Counted from the stretch's first letter, positions 24,256 to 38,450 are shown. The stretch: 64,000 nucleotides of DNA from the human T2T-CHM13v2.0 reference genome, Homo sapiens (GCF_009914755.1 NC_060938.1), one strand, 5' to 3'. Notes: generated by a model not told the origin, from the sequence alone. Numbers and translations are program-made.

Positions 24256-25716
24256 CCGGCTCTGAGAAAGTTCGGCAGTGGCCACCACATCTGGTTCTCG
24301 TTAACTTTTCTAAGGCAGCGGCCGCTGGAGCAGCGGGGCTGGCGGGGTAAAAGCTCCTGGCCAGGGCTGCCTGGAGCTGCCCCTTCCACTCCGCCCCCAG
24401 GGAGCTCCCGGGTCATCCTCTCATCCGGGCTGCCCCGCGGCCCCCAAGGAGCCCCACCCCCGGGACCAAATGGCCCGCAAGGTCTGGGGCAGCGGCGTTG
24501 CAGGAGATGAGCTCAGCGCAAAGGGAACTCCGCAGCGGCGAGTGCGGCTGCTGGCCTGCGCGCTGTGGCCCCAACAGGCTGGCAGGGCGCGGGCGGGTGG
24601 CGGGGTTGCGGTATGAGCTTTGCTCCCTGCCCTGGGGTCCCGGGCGCTCCTGGCTCTGGAGGCCTGGCCATCGGTCCGAAAAGCAAAGGGACATTGTCGT
24701 GGTCCCCTCGGCCGCTTCGCTCCACCCAGAGACGCCCTGAGGAGAAGCGAGCCTTTGTACGAAGGCAGAGGGCTGACTCCTAAGTTCTGTCCCCCTCCCG
24801 AAGGCCGGCCGCTAGGGAAGACTTGGCCACCCTCTGGAAGTACCTTCCCCCGGGAAAACCGCAGCAGGAAAGACCATGAAACACTACTGTGTGTGATCCG
24901 CTCCGTTTGGGGAGTAGGATGAGGCATCCCGCTTGGTTACCAGGCAGAAAGGGGCGAGTCGCGGGGATGGGAAGACCCTGATCTCTTGCCCATTGCTGCG
25001 GCCGTCGGAGATGCCCTCCCCCGCGGCCACGGAGGCGGTAACCTGAGCTGCTCCGCAGGACTGGAAACCGCACAACCTCGAAACCAGCTGCGCAGGAGAA
25101 GGGGAACCCCATCCACCATAAACATCCCCTCTGCGAAGCCTCAGGAGCTGGAGGAGATTTTATTACCATTTTTATTATCAAGAGCTTAAAATTTCCCAGA
25201 CAGTCTGTTTTCTCTCCCAGGCCCCCCATGAGGTCCTTAAAAGCAAAGATATTTAAAAAGAACGAAAGAAAGAAAAAAACCAAAAAGCAAATCCTTGGAA
25301 ATGCCTTAAAGGACTCTCCAGAGACACACTGCTCTTTGTAGGTGTTTATTCCTATGGGCCCACTGGACCAAACGCTAAAAAACGTGAAGACATCAGACTG
25401 TGAGACTCATAGAGCAGACACAAAATGGAAAACTGGCCCAAAGCAGTTTGCTTCCTCAGAGTGGAGAGTTGTATATTTGATGTTCCAAAAATATATTTAT
25501 GCTTGCACATATATTTTCTCATTCTTTCTGGGGTCAGGTATTTTTATTTTACTGAGGATGAAATGAAAGTTCAAAGACAGATGACTTGACTTGCCCAACA
25601 TCATCTGAAGTTACTCCCTGATATAAAACTACTGGCCCTCTGTAGTTTTACTTTATCTCTCGATTCAGCATAATAATAATAACTAACATTTATTTAGTGG
25701 TACTAAGCTATGAGCT

Positions 25717-26328
25717 TTGGGGCAAGCAAACACTGAGATGGTCTCCAATGATCCCCATTTCCTGGTGTTCATTCCCCTGTATAATCTCTGCCCTGGGAGT
25801 GTGGACTGGCCTTGTGATTTCTAACAAACATAGTGTGGCAAGAGTGATGAGAAGAAGGCTAAATAAGATTGTGGCTTCTTCCTTGTTAGTTGACTTTCCC
25901 TCTCATTGATTTTGATGAAGCAAGCTGTTATGTCGGGGAGGCCCACATAGCAAGGAACTGAGGAGGGCAGCCTCTGGCCAACAGTCAGCAAGGAACTGAA
26001 TTCTGCCAACAACCATGTCAGTGAGCTTGGAAACGGATCCTTCCCCAGTTGGGTCTTGAGATGGTATCTCAGCACTGGCTGACATTTGATTGCAGCCTTG
26101 CAAGAGACCCTGAAGCAGAGGACCCAGCTAAGCCAGGTGCAGATTCCAGACCCACCAAAACTGAGAATTATAGTTTTGGTTAGATTATAATTATAGTTTT
26201 GGTGGGATTCCAGACCAACCAAAACTGAGAATTACAGCTTCAGCTTCAGAAGCTGAAGAAGCTGTGTGTTGCTTTAAGCTATTACATTTTGGGATAATTT
26301 GTTATGCAGCAATAGACAACTGATAACA
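25717..26328 (+). mobile_element. MLT1 (E/F-like) MaLR LTR nested in a MIR
   Basis: CAGCAAGGAACTGAATTCTGCCAACAACCATGTCAGTGAGCTTGGAA...TTTGTTATGCAGCAATAGACAACTGATAACA. MIR halves lie on either side. Confidence 0.85.
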
Positions 26329-26709
26329 GGTAGTCGTTGTGTTAAGGAAACTAAAGCTCAGATGGGATTTTAAAAAAATCAGTTATTATCACATGGCTGG
26401 TAAGTACCAAAGCTGAGATTTGAACCCAATTCTGTCTGATCTCTAAACCTCCACTCCTAACCACTAAATTATATTGCAGCAAGGCCCTTTGGAAAGTAGC
26501 TCTAGTTTATGTCTCTAACTTTATCTCCCGTCACAGCCACCCTGAAGTCTCACCTGAAGCTGAGACTTTAATTCTCCAATACAACATCCTCACAGGTAAG
26601 TCCTTTTACCTACAGTAAAAGGTCAATTTCTTGGTCAATTTCAAGCCAACACCTTCTCATCTTTAAGGCTTGAATCAAAACCCTCCTCCTTCAGGAATCT
26701 GGGAAGAGA

Positions 26710-26955
26710 AAAGAATTCCCCACATCTTTTGCAAAAATCTCATTAATAATCCACCCCATTTAGCTTATAATCAATAAATAACCATAAGTATAATCAGTCA
26801 AGCAGCCGACGCCACTGCTCTGCCTATTCTTTTGTTTCTTTACCTATCTAATAAAGTCACTTTCACTTTACTTTGTAGACTCACTCCAAATTCTTTCTTG
26901 CACCAGATCCAGGAGCCCTCTCTTAGGGTCTGGATCAGGAACTCTTTCCAGTAAC
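26710..26955 (+). mobile_element. MER41-like ERV1 LTR, 3' part
   Basis: Ends AAATTCTTTCTTGCACCAGATCCAGGAGCCCTCTCTTAGGGTCTGGATCAGGAACTCTTTCCAGTAACA, typical of the MER41 family. Confidence 0.75.
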
Positions 26956-26959
26956 ACTA

Positions 26960-27315
26960 CTGCCCCCTTTTGAGCTATGTATTCATCCTTGAAACTGCTT
27001 GCTATTGCCACAAGTAACTATACATTAACCTAATAATGTCACACTGGACACTATCACTCATAGCCTATAGCTTAACAGTGCATAGCCAATCAGTGAGCAA
27101 TGTTGTTTCTGTAAACCAATGTGAATTCCTTACAAACAATTTCATATCAGCCTACTCCCTGTCCCCCTTTTCTGCCTGTAAAAAACCTGCTTGTAATAAA
27201 GGCGGCATGAAGCTCATATCCAGGGTTACTTGGGTCTAAGTCTTCCGGGCAACTGTCCTCACTTTGGCTCAAGTAAATGTTTTGTTATATTTTGTGCCTC
27301 TGTCTTTTCCTTTCA
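26960..27315 (+). mobile_element. ERV1-class LTR fragment (LTR54/MER57-like)
   Basis: AGCCAATCAG...GTCCTCACTTTGGCTCAAGTAAA...TATTTTGTGCCTC. Confidence 0.55.
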
Positions 27316-27452
27316 GATGGAGGAAGCTTTCCTGGAATCCACAGTCTGATTTAGAAGCCCTTTCTCCTTGCTTCCATGTGCCCTGTGCTTGCCGTGATCA
27401 TACCTCCTATCACACATCTCTCCCATAATCCTGATCTCCACATGCTTCCCTT

Positions 27453-27483
27453 ACCACCATCACCACCACCACCACCACCACAC
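27453..27483. repeat. (CCA)n trinucleotide repeat
   Basis: Directly visible. Confidence 0.85.
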
Positions 27484-29869
27484 CTGGAGGGCAGGGATTT
27501 TGCCTTCTTCAGTGTCTGCCGCAATGCCTGCCTGGCTCACTTGAAGTGTAAGAAATGTTTGTTGAATGAGTGAAGACAAGCAAGCCAGCCTGGGACTAGG
27601 ACCCATGTCTGCTGGCTCAGAATGCAACATTCTTTCCCCTACACCACCTTTCCTGCTAATCTGACCTGACTCTTGTAATCCTCTTTACCAGGCTGCCTAG
27701 CAACTCACCTACCACTGCTCTCCCATTTTTGTCATTCTTTCATTCATTCATCCATTCAACAACAATTTCCTGAAAGTACACCATGACAAACACAACTCTG
27801 CAAGAAATAAAGGAGTACAAAATGTGGCCCCTAACCTTAAAGAGCTCATGATCTGGTTGGGGAAACAGAGCATAAGAGGATGTCACTAGTTTTGAATCTG
27901 ATGCAATCTGAGTACAAAAAAATAGTTCCAATAGAGAAGATGCTAAAACGAACAGTTTTGTTTTCCTGTCTGCATAAAGTGGCTGAATTCTCCCTGAAAT
28001 AGGAGGCTTTGGACAGCTGTGCTTAAGAGAACATGCCTTTGAGCTTTTATTCTGATATTATTTTTAAAAGACGCTATGGCACCAAGAGTGGTTTCTTCTT
28101 TAAAATGTCATTTTGTGTCTTGGGGAAAAAGAAAAAAATCTGCCGTGGCTCTTTCACCAGTCAAAGTAAATACTGAAGAAATACTTTGCTTGTATCCACA
28201 GCTCTCTTTGCAAGAGTAGAATTTCCATGACCTGCCAGACTGGCTGAAGAGGCAGAGGCCCCTTTCAGGCTGGAGGTTATAGAGGACGTCTGTAGCAGTT
28301 TTTACCCTTCTTGGATTGGATCCTCAGGGTACATCACAGCATTGCTTGAAAAGTAAGATTATTTAGATACAGGGCTTTTCATCAAGCCAAGGATGCTACC
28401 AGATGCCTTGCCAATAGACCTTATCAAGAGTCTCCACAGTTACATATTTTTTGTGGTTATATTGTTGTTATAAATACCAAGACTTCAAGAATGATGATAC
28501 TTCCTGTTATTTTAATCATGAGAATGGAAGCATATTTGCTCCACAGTGTGGCAAATGGATGTTGGTATTTAAGAGCAAGTTCTATGTATAGCACCGATGG
28601 GTGTGTGTACATGTTTGTATTGGAGGTGGGCTTGGCAGGAAATGTCCCAGTTCTTGTTGCACACAGTGATTCTTTGCATAATTTTACTATCCATTAAATT
28701 CCAGGGTGTGTGTGCTAGCATGTAGAGAAAATAGACTCGAACAAGTTAGTATGTCTTCACAGACTCAGGCTTAATTGAAAGTAGGTTAGGCCTAAGGAGA
28801 ACCATGAAGTGAGAAAGTATTTAAATTAAAATGTGCAATATGAAAAGACTGTTCAAGCTTTTGATATGAATCACTGCAGATGCAATTCTGCTGTGACATT
28901 TTTAAGTAGAGAGAGGGTTGGTGTGGCAGACACTATTGGAACCTCTCCCAACAGCCATCCCCTCTTTTTTTTTTTTTTTTTTTTTTTTTGGTTTTAGAAA
29001 CCCCATATTGTTCAGGTAAAGGGTGCAATAAGCCCGGGAATGATGGGTTGCTTCCTCAGCCCTGGCAGATGCCCTAAGATTGGTGGAAGCCAATCATGAT
29101 TAAGCCTTTCACCCTTATAGTGATACAGTCTCCTGTAACTTCAACCCTTCCCTCCCTGTTGGCCTCTTCCCCTCTGCCTCTAAATCCCCTCTGCCCAGTC
29201 TTACCCATAAAAATAAAAAACAAATTTCCCTACTTATTTGTTGCCTTAGTTTTATTTCTCTTACTTTCAAAAACTCTACTGGAAAGGAATTTATACTTCC
29301 TGCCTCCTTCTTTCCACTGCAAAAATAATCTTCCCAACCCCATCACTGAACTGCTCAGGGAAAGACCAACAGCAAAATCATATTACCAAACCCTATAGGT
29401 AGTTTTTGTTTTTATCTTACTGGGCCTTTTAGTTTCTGATCCTACTGACCACTCATTTCTAGAAATTCTCTACTCCCTTGACTTTTCCAGCCATTTTGTT
29501 GTAGTATCTCCTGTGAATTTCTCATGCTCTGCTTCCGATGTCTAAATGTATGGCATGACCATGGCCTACTGCTCTTCTCATGTCATGCTGTCCTGGAGTG
29601 TCTTGACTCCTCTGATGGCCCAGCTTCCCACCTATATTCTAATGACTCTCAAATATATCCCCAGGCCTGAGCCTTCACTTAAGTTTAGAACTAACATCCA
29701 GCTCCCTGCTGAACATCTCCCCGAGACAATACCTAAGTCTTCATCTAGCATAACTAGATTCAATACTCAGTATTTCTGAGTTTTCCATTTTAGTCCATGG
29801 CAACAATATTTGCCCTTTCTCGATTACCGTTGGCCTATCTCAGGTCCTCACCAACTGTCACCTGCTAGC

Positions 29870-30325
29870 TTTTGTGGCAGAAATGATAGGTTCATTTCTT
29901 CAACCCTTACTTCCAACCTCCTTCTCCCTGGCCCCCATCACTATAGAAGTAAGATTATTACTTTCTCAGTCTCTCTTGCAGCCAAAGGTGGCCATTTGGT
30001 ATAGTCCTGATCTAACTTCCAGACATCTCATGAAAGTCTGGGGGTTTCTGGAAAGGTTTTGTGTTGGTGATTTAAGGGAATAGTTGTATCTTTCCCCATT
30101 CTTGCTACCTTAAACATGGAGGTGATGTTTTGAGCTTGGCCAGCCATCTTCTCACTGTGAGGTACAACAATGAGGACAAAAGCATGGCCAAGCAAAAACA
30201 CAGAGGGGAGCTGAGTATCTAAGCCAGTCAGTACCTGCCATCACCATATTCCTTGGCATGTGAGCAAACAGATCCCTATAAGCTGAGTCCACTGTTGCAT
30301 GCAGCAGCACCCACTCCTCACGATT
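29870..30325 (+). mobile_element. ERVL LTR (LTR33/LTR16-like) nested in L2 fragments (~29330-31060)
   Basis: TTTCTCAGTCTCTCTTGCAGCCAAAGGTGGCCAT...CAGCCATCTT motifs. Confidence 0.5.
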
Positions 30326-31927
30326 GAGCCTTTCCCCCAATTCTTTCTCTACATATGTCTAAAAATACATCTGACCACCACACGTTCCTTTCATGGATCT
30401 CCCTCACCTCTGGGGAAAGCTAAGGCTGTCCAGCAGGGAAAGCCCTTTGTAGCTTGGCTTCTGTCACCTTCTGCCCTTTCCCACATTATATCTTAGCAAT
30501 GATGAACTACTTCAAGGTCACCACCCACACAAGCGGCTGGACCCTGGTGGGCCTCTGCAAAGGCTGTTCCTTGCCTGGAACACCTTTCCCATCTTCTGAT
30601 GATCTCTCATTCCCTTCAGTACTCAGTTCAGACATCACATCACATTGGCAGCCTCTCTCAGTTCCAGCTTCCACGGAGAACCTCTCCCCCAGCGCATGCA
30701 CAACACCCGGGCACACCCCTGTCTGAGCTCCTCACTTATGTGGCTGAAATGGTCTGTTTATGTCTGTCCCCTCCACTGTCTTCAAGGGTAGTTTTCATGG
30801 AATGATACATTATTTACTTCTTTTTTCCTTATGCCCGCTTATCTACTCAGTTTCTCTATTTCAGACTGTTTTTACCATGAGCACAGGAAAAGAGAAGGGC
30901 CTTAGAAATGCCCTGAGACTTGATAGTCCCACAGTCACTGGAATGTGAGCCACCCCTTGAGGATAGGACTGTATCTTCCTCATTCTCCATCTCATGGGTT
31001 TAGCACAGTGCCTATCTGTTACAGAAGGGCTGTTCAGTAAACCTTTGGTGATTCGAATTAGGGAAAAAGTCCTCTAAAGAAATCTTTCATAACTCCTGTA
31101 CTTATTTCCTGAATAACCCACTCCCTGATTCTTCACATATTTGTTACATTTTGGATTGTTGCAGAAAAAGGGGGATTAGATCTTTCGGCTTTTTTGTTAG
31201 CAGAGAGATACCTTCCCTGCTAATTATGTTTGAAAATGTTATTGCTAATGGCTTTATTTTCCTCCAGAAAGAATAGTGCAGAAAGGCCAGTATTGCTGTC
31301 TCCCCTCTTGTAACTCCTACTGAAAGAACAGGCTGAATCACACAATTTAGCACTTAATAATATAACATGAATATCCATCTTCTTTACGAAGACTTCTCTT
31401 CCCACCCAGACTGTAGTTCCTCAAAGGTACTACTTTTCACTTCCTTTAAGACTCCAATAGCTACCGTATACAATGTTGAATAAATAAGGGCTGGTCAACT
31501 TCTAATGAGTTGGGTGACTGCCCAAGAGTGATGCCAGTATGTGCTGTCTCCATTGGGTAGTGGCCACCGCTGAGTTTCCAGAGGCTGTTGTCCTTGGCTT
31601 CTTCTGTGCTTCTTTCCTAGACATGCTTTGCTTCTTACGAAATGGTGTCACCTCATTTCTGTTGCATGTGACCTGCTGGCCACTGTCACCTCCTCTGGAA
31701 GTTGATGCATGAGTCAGAACAATGTGAATGAAGCCAATAATAATAATAGCAAGCCTTAATTGAACTTTTATAATGTAGTGTGCTCTGGTTAAGCACTGTG
31801 CATGCAATATGTGCAACATTTAATTCACCCAAGGAACATGCCCAGTTTGCAGATAAGGAAACTAAGCTGAGGGGGATTAAGTAACTTGATCAAGAACCAA
31901 GCCAGTGAGAATGGAAGGCAGAATTCA

Positions 31928-32095
<168 letters not shown>

Positions 32096-32913
32096 CTAGA
32101 ACCCAGGCTCTTAACCGCTTAAAACTATAGAGCTGAGGTTCCGATCGACCAGTTACCTTACTTAGTAACATGGTCCTAGACTATACATCTAAATCTGCCA
32201 ATCTGATGAAAGAGTTCTGTCTAGTATTCTCTATCATTTATAAAGCTGGAATTGTATTATCTGTATTGAACACCATCTCATAAATGCCAGAAAATTATAA
32301 ATATCTAAAATTTTTATAGGAAACATGACCTCATATCCTTAAGGAGCTTGCAATCTAGATTTGGAGATAATAATAGCTATAATTTATTGAGTATTTGTTA
32401 TGCAGTAGACACTATATTATGTGCAATCCTTACAACAACCTATAAGATAAGGAAAATGAGATTCTGAGAATTTAAGTGACTTGTTCAGGCTATAACAACT
32501 AGTACTAGCTGAAGTAGGATATGAATGGCCCCAAGGGGTCACTCACACATAAACATAGTTATGCTTCATTACTCTGGTACAGAAACCCAGTTCATTAGCC
32601 ATTCAGAATGATTGTGATATCCAAAATGAATCAGAAATCCTCCAAGTATGAACATCAGAAATTACAACGATAACAAATAAATGAAGAGAAATGTGAAGAC
32701 TACAAAATCACCCCAGTCTTTGATTCCATTGACATAGGCAGACCTCCAAAAAGTAGAATGTTCATATCAGACACAAAGATTAATAGATAAAGATACTCCA
32801 GGAGTTGCATAGGATACATTTCCACTGCCAAAGTAAGGTGGAAAAAGAGTCCCCTCCTCTGTGCTGATGCCATGGTTTTACTGCCAAGAAGCCTAAGCAA
32901 ACATCAGAAACAG

Positions 32914-33089
32914 CTGTGGTTCTCAACCATAGCTGCAGATCAGAATCACCTGGAGAAGTTTTTAAACTCTCAAAGCCCAGACAATACCCCAGACCAATTA
33001 ATTCAGAATTCCAGGGGTGAGACTCAGGCATCAGTAGATTTTAAAGTTCCCCAGGTGATTCAAAGTGTAGTCAAGGTTGGGATCAACTG
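32914..33089. mobile_element. MER5A-family MITE
   Basis: GTGGTTCTCAACC...CAGAATCACCTGGAG...CCCCAGGTGATTC...AACTG. Confidence 0.8.
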
Positions 33090-35280
33090 TTCTCTAGACA
33101 CCTTATAAATGGGTTTTTCTTTGGTACTGATTGGTTGAACCTACTTTCAATATTTTTTCAAGATAAAATGGTCTTTATAGTTTATGTGGCAAAGCAGTGA
33201 CATTTAAACAAGTTCCTTAAGAGTCAGAATGATTCAGTACTTTTGTAGGGGGAAAAATATGATCTCACCAACTCTGTGGCCCACATCTGTGAGGAAGTAG
33301 AATGATCCCTGGCTTGGCCCTACTTCTAGGGAAGTAGAAGGAAAAAGCAAGGCTCCTAAGTTTTCCCAATAATGTGTCGACTCTGCTATTGTACATCTGT
33401 GACCTACGGTGCTTCCTGTGAGCCACACTAAATATTGCTATATCAGGCACCAGGCAGAGAATTTGGCCAGGAATTAACCACAACCCAGCCCTTAACAATG
33501 GTTTCCTGGACACACCTGATAGTTGAGACACAGCCTAAGGGACATACCATTTCTCTATATTCCTTCTCTGTATTAAGTGAAATCATGAGAAAATAATTTA
33601 CTTGGATTGTGTTATTTTACCACTCCCAAAAATTCCTTGACTGAGTCAGGATTTAATTTTATAGTTTCAACTTTTTCTTTTAGGAGATGGGGTCTCGCTA
33701 TGTCGTCCAGGCTGTTCTGAACTCCTGGGCTCAAGTAGATCTCCTACCTCAGCCTGCTGAGTAGTGCTTTCAACTTTTATAGACGGTCTTTATGAGAAAA
33801 ATCAACTTGATATACATTTCAGTACATTCTTGTAAAGCTATACTCAAAGACATTGTCTACTATTTCAATAAATTTTCTCATATAAGGTTTGCAAGAAAAA
33901 TGCCTCCTAAAATATGGGACCAGGACTAAGTGGATTTGCAGTCAGACTGGGTGCTGCTTTAATTAGACTTTGAGTCACTGTATAAAGCCATGTAGGTCAC
34001 TTGGTGCCAGCCACAAAACCTGAGTTTAATCCAGCACGGATTTCATTTTAGAAAAGTATTTTGATATTAGTTCTTCAACTTTATTGTGCTGAACACCAAA
34101 TGCATCAGCCTTCCCACAAACCCAGTCTTCCTCCCGCCTTCCAGTGCAGCCCAGTGTACCACTATTTCCCCTGACAGCCAAGCTAGAATTAGCCATTTGA
34201 CTTCCCACTTTCCATCTCGTTGACATCCAGTTACTTGACATCCACAAATCATACATTCACAGAGATCAAGATTTTGTCTATTTTACTCCCCAATATATGT
34301 CCAGCCCCTAGCACAATACCTGACTCCCGGTAAATGTTCAATAAACATTTGCGGAAGAAATGAAGTTCATAGATTTACTTCCTGCAGAGTGTCTTGCCTG
34401 CTTCTCACTCTCACTGCCAAAATACAAGCAGGTCTCACCACCCTTGCTCTCATGATATGACACTCACTGGTCCACTGCATTCCAACCCATCCCTGCTTCA
34501 GTCCACACACTCCAGACTCTCCGAGGTCAGCTGCTGCTCATTAAGCCTTCTAAAATTCCTGAATATGCCCCTTCCTTGCTTAAAGGCACCCTTTGACCTA
34601 GAATTCAAGATAAGTGTTTGATATTATTCTTATGTCTGTTTCCAATAATCACTACTTGGAAAGAAAAATGGGAGCAAAGGCCAGATTATGGCAGCTATGA
34701 AGGAAGAACTGGGAGAGGGTCAGGATGGGGACAAATCCCCTCTATACCTTTCAGGTCATGGGAATGAAAGGAGGTCATGTACATGAAAGCAAGTTAAAAC
34801 AGCAGAGCACGATGAATAGGGACGTTCTACTTGTTAGTAATCGATGTCCATGAAGATAACCCCCAGTCATTCAAAAAAAATGTGAAGTATTTCAGCCTGT
34901 CAGATAAACAGCTGTCTCATTATAGAAAGACTGCTGTTATAGGTTTAGGTTCATAATCTCCCTAGATTAGAACAATCTTTACATTTGTAGAGGAGTTCGT
35001 GGTTTACAATGCAGGACTCACAGGCATTATGTCATGTAACTCATTCTAACACTCTTAAGAGATAGGCATTAATATCTTTGTGGGGCAGTACCTTATATAA
35101 TTTCCACGGTGGAATTTTGATTGTGAACATATTCTTTACTTCTGTGTTATCTTTACCTAAAACCTTGGACTTTGGTTGTGAAGTTAGGTGCCTTGGTCTC
35201 TCCACCACAGCTGTCTCTTCTCTTCAGCACCATCCATTGCTCTAAGTACTTCTGGAGTAATCATTCACTGTGCACTATAA

Positions 35281-35325
35281 GTAGTAGTATTAGTAGTAAT
35301 AGTAGTAGTAGTAGTAGTGGTGGTA
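35281..35325. repeat. (TAG)n simple repeat next to a MIR
   Basis: Directly visible. Confidence 0.85.
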
Positions 35326-35602
35326 ACATATAACATTTATCAAATGTTTCATGGCCCAGGCATGCATCCATTATTTCATTTAATCCTGCTAGCAACTCCT
35401 TGGGGAGAATAGTATTATCCCACTTTATATTTATGAGCTCAGAGAAAGAAACTGGGCTGGATCACACAGCTGCTAAGTAGTGAGACTGAGATTTGAACCT
35501 GAATAGGCTGACTCAAAACCTGAGTACTTGACATCATTATGCCATATGCTCTAGAACCTTAGGAACATCTCCACCTTTCTAAATTGTCATTTAAAGGTTT
35601 CA

Positions 35603-35809
<207 letters not shown>

Positions 35810-37469
35810 TTAATTTTTATTCAGTATATTGAATAAACAGGTACCTTTATCAGTTGACTCGGAAAGAATCCTGAGCATTAGGTATCCTTGGGCATCATTA
35901 TGGATTTGGCCTAAATGTGTTTCTTACATTTTCTCCCTTATTTCACAGACTCATAGCTTTTTAGTACTGGAAGGAGCCTGAGAAATCCTGTAATCTAATC
36001 TCCACATTTTTGTGTGACAAAACTCTGACTCAGTAAGATTCAGTCACTCGTTCAAGCGTCACAGCACCAATAGGAAGAAAACCAGATATCTGGTGTCACG
36101 GGCTAGTGGTCAGTGAGCCAGAGTTCCAGCCCTTTCTGTTGCACTTTAAGCCAGGAATGAACAGAGGAGAGGAGAGAAGAACACCTACTGTCAGATCAGC
36201 ACAAAGCACTTGTGATGCATTCTTTCTGAGCTCTCTGGCTATTATCTTTTCAAACATAAAGTATATAGGAAGGGCTTAATAGATCCTTGTTCAGTTGACT
36301 TAGATGTGGGAGCATTAACTTAAGAGCTGGGATTGAAAAGACCTTTTAGCTCCTACTTGAAGCATCTGGTGGCCACAGTAAACAGAATAACAGGTAGATT
36401 CATAAAAGCAGAAAGCCAGCTTCTCACTGTTCTTTTCTGGCAGGAGGGAAAAGTTGGTCTATTACTAGAAGAGGAATAAAACAATAAAAAGGCACTTGGG
36501 GGAGCGCCCTCCCATCAGCTTAGACTCTCAGGGTGCTGTTCTGTGGAGTGGTCACTTCATTAAAAACATCTGGTGTACCACAGCCATTACTTACAGTGCG
36601 ATTTTAAAGACTTATTTACACAGGACAGTCTAATTCAGCCTCTCCTATTTACAAACCCAAATTTGTCAGACCTGAATCATTAATAAGCCACACAAATAGA
36701 GTCAGTCTCTTTTTTAGGCTCAGCTGGAAAATGGACTTGACAAAGCTCAGCTCAGCTTTCCAGCCCTGGGCTCAGGAGATTCTGTTGTGTTGTTATTTTT
36801 GTGTGTGTGTGTGTGTGTGTTTTCTTTCTCCTCCTCTTTCTTTTCCTCTTTTGTTTTGTTTTGTTTTTACTGCTGCAAGGTAAAATATAATTGGGAACAG
36901 GGTGGCTATTTTGCCAAATCCGATGCTAACTGCTAAAGAGGTGATTCTCATGCTGTCCATGAGCGTTGCAGTTTACCTTGTGGAGCCTAAGCATTAGGGT
37001 CCCCAAACTGGAAGAGGAGAGAGACCCTGGTTCTGCCCTTCAAGTGCCTTTTTAATTCACAGTTTCGATAGAAGGAAGAGGAGCTTGAGGAATTTAAGAG
37101 AAACATGATGAATCCATCCTTCGGGTAGGGAAAGGGAGCCCTCACCTGTGAAGGGGGTGCTGTCTGGTGTTCAAGCCTTGATGGACACCATCCACAACCC
37201 CCTGTCATGTATGGTGAGTAACTGAGCGTGACCTCCACTACACACTTTGCATTTATATAGAGAGCTTCCAAGCTATGGTTCCAAACTCCCAATCTTTCCT
37301 CACATAGCAAGAATATCAGAGTTAATTTACACTTGGCAACCACCCCTGTCAATTTAAAAGTAGTTTCTCCCAACTCTATCCAGAAACTGTACAGGATGAA
37401 TCAAGACTTGTGGAGACATTTTTTAAAAATAAAACATTAATTAAATTTTTCTTCCAATGGCATATTTTT

Positions 37470-38450
37470 AAATTTTGTTTTTAGATTTATATATATTAAA
37501 ATTCAATTTTTTGGTGTACAATTCTATGAGTCTTTACAAATACTTAGAGATGCATAATGAACCCCACAATCAAGATACACAATGGCTCTGTGACCCTAAA
37601 ATGTTCACCAGTACTTCTGCTTTCCTCACTCCACCCTAATCCCTGGCTGCCACTAATCTATGTGGTCTCCAACCCTATAGTGGTGATTTTTCAGAGTGTC
37701 AAATACATAGAATCAAATAGCTTTTTGAATTCCTTTTTTTGTTCTTCACTCTGACACCCACGCTGGAGTGCAGTGGAGTGATCATGAGCTCAAGCGATCC
37801 TCCTGCCTCAGCCTCCCATATAACTGGGACCACAGGCGTGTGCCACCACACCGAGCTAATTTTTATATTTTTTGTAGAGACAGGGCCTCCCTATGTTGCC
37901 CAGGTTGGTCTCGAACTCCCGGGCTCAAGCTATTCTCCCACCTCAGCCTCCCCAAGTGTTGGGATTACAGGAGTGAGCCATGGTGCCTGGACATTTGTTC
38001 CTTTTTAGTGTTGAGCAGTATTCCATTTTATGGGTGTACCACAGTTTGTTTATCCATTCACTGGTTGAAGGACATTGAACTGTTTTCCAGATGTTAGTGC
38101 TTATGAATAAATCAGCTACAAACATTCATGTACAGATTTTCATGTGAAGATAAGTTTTTCTTTCACTTTTTCTAGGATTGGGATTGCTGGGTCATATGCT
38201 AAGTGTATGTTTAACTGTTAAAGACACTGCCAAGCTGTTTTCCAGAGTGGCTGTGCAATTTTACATTCCCATCAGCAATGTGTAAATGGTCTGGTTTCTC
38301 CACATCCTCTCCAGCATTTGGTTGTCACTATGTTTTACTTTTAGACATAATGATCCATGTGTAGTGGTATCTCATTGTGGTTTTAATTTGCATTTCTCTA
38401 ATTATTAATGATTTTTGTGCATCTTTTCATATGATTATTTGCTGTCTGTG
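37470..38450 (-). mobile_element. Old L1M fragment carrying an AluJ (~37735-37990, minus)
   Basis: ORF2-like [20 protein letters not shown]; GGATTGCTGGGTCATATG; TTACATTCCCATCAGCAATG. Confidence 0.8.

Larger units (their letters stand above)
22900..25150. promoter_or_regulatory. CpG island covering the NID2 promoter, exon 1 and exon 2
   Basis: Very high GC and CpG density against CpG-depleted flanks. Boundaries approximate. Confidence 0.93.

Noticed and set aside
23302-25283. Many overlapping 60-250 aa ORFs on both strands of the CpG island
   Set aside because: Low-complexity Pro/Arg/Gly/Ala translations expected from the GC content; many have non-ATG starts.
26710-26955. MER41 as an interferon-inducible (STAT1) enhancer for NID2
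   Set aside because: Only the 3' part of the LTR is present, and I see no tandem canonical TTCNNNGAA sites in it.
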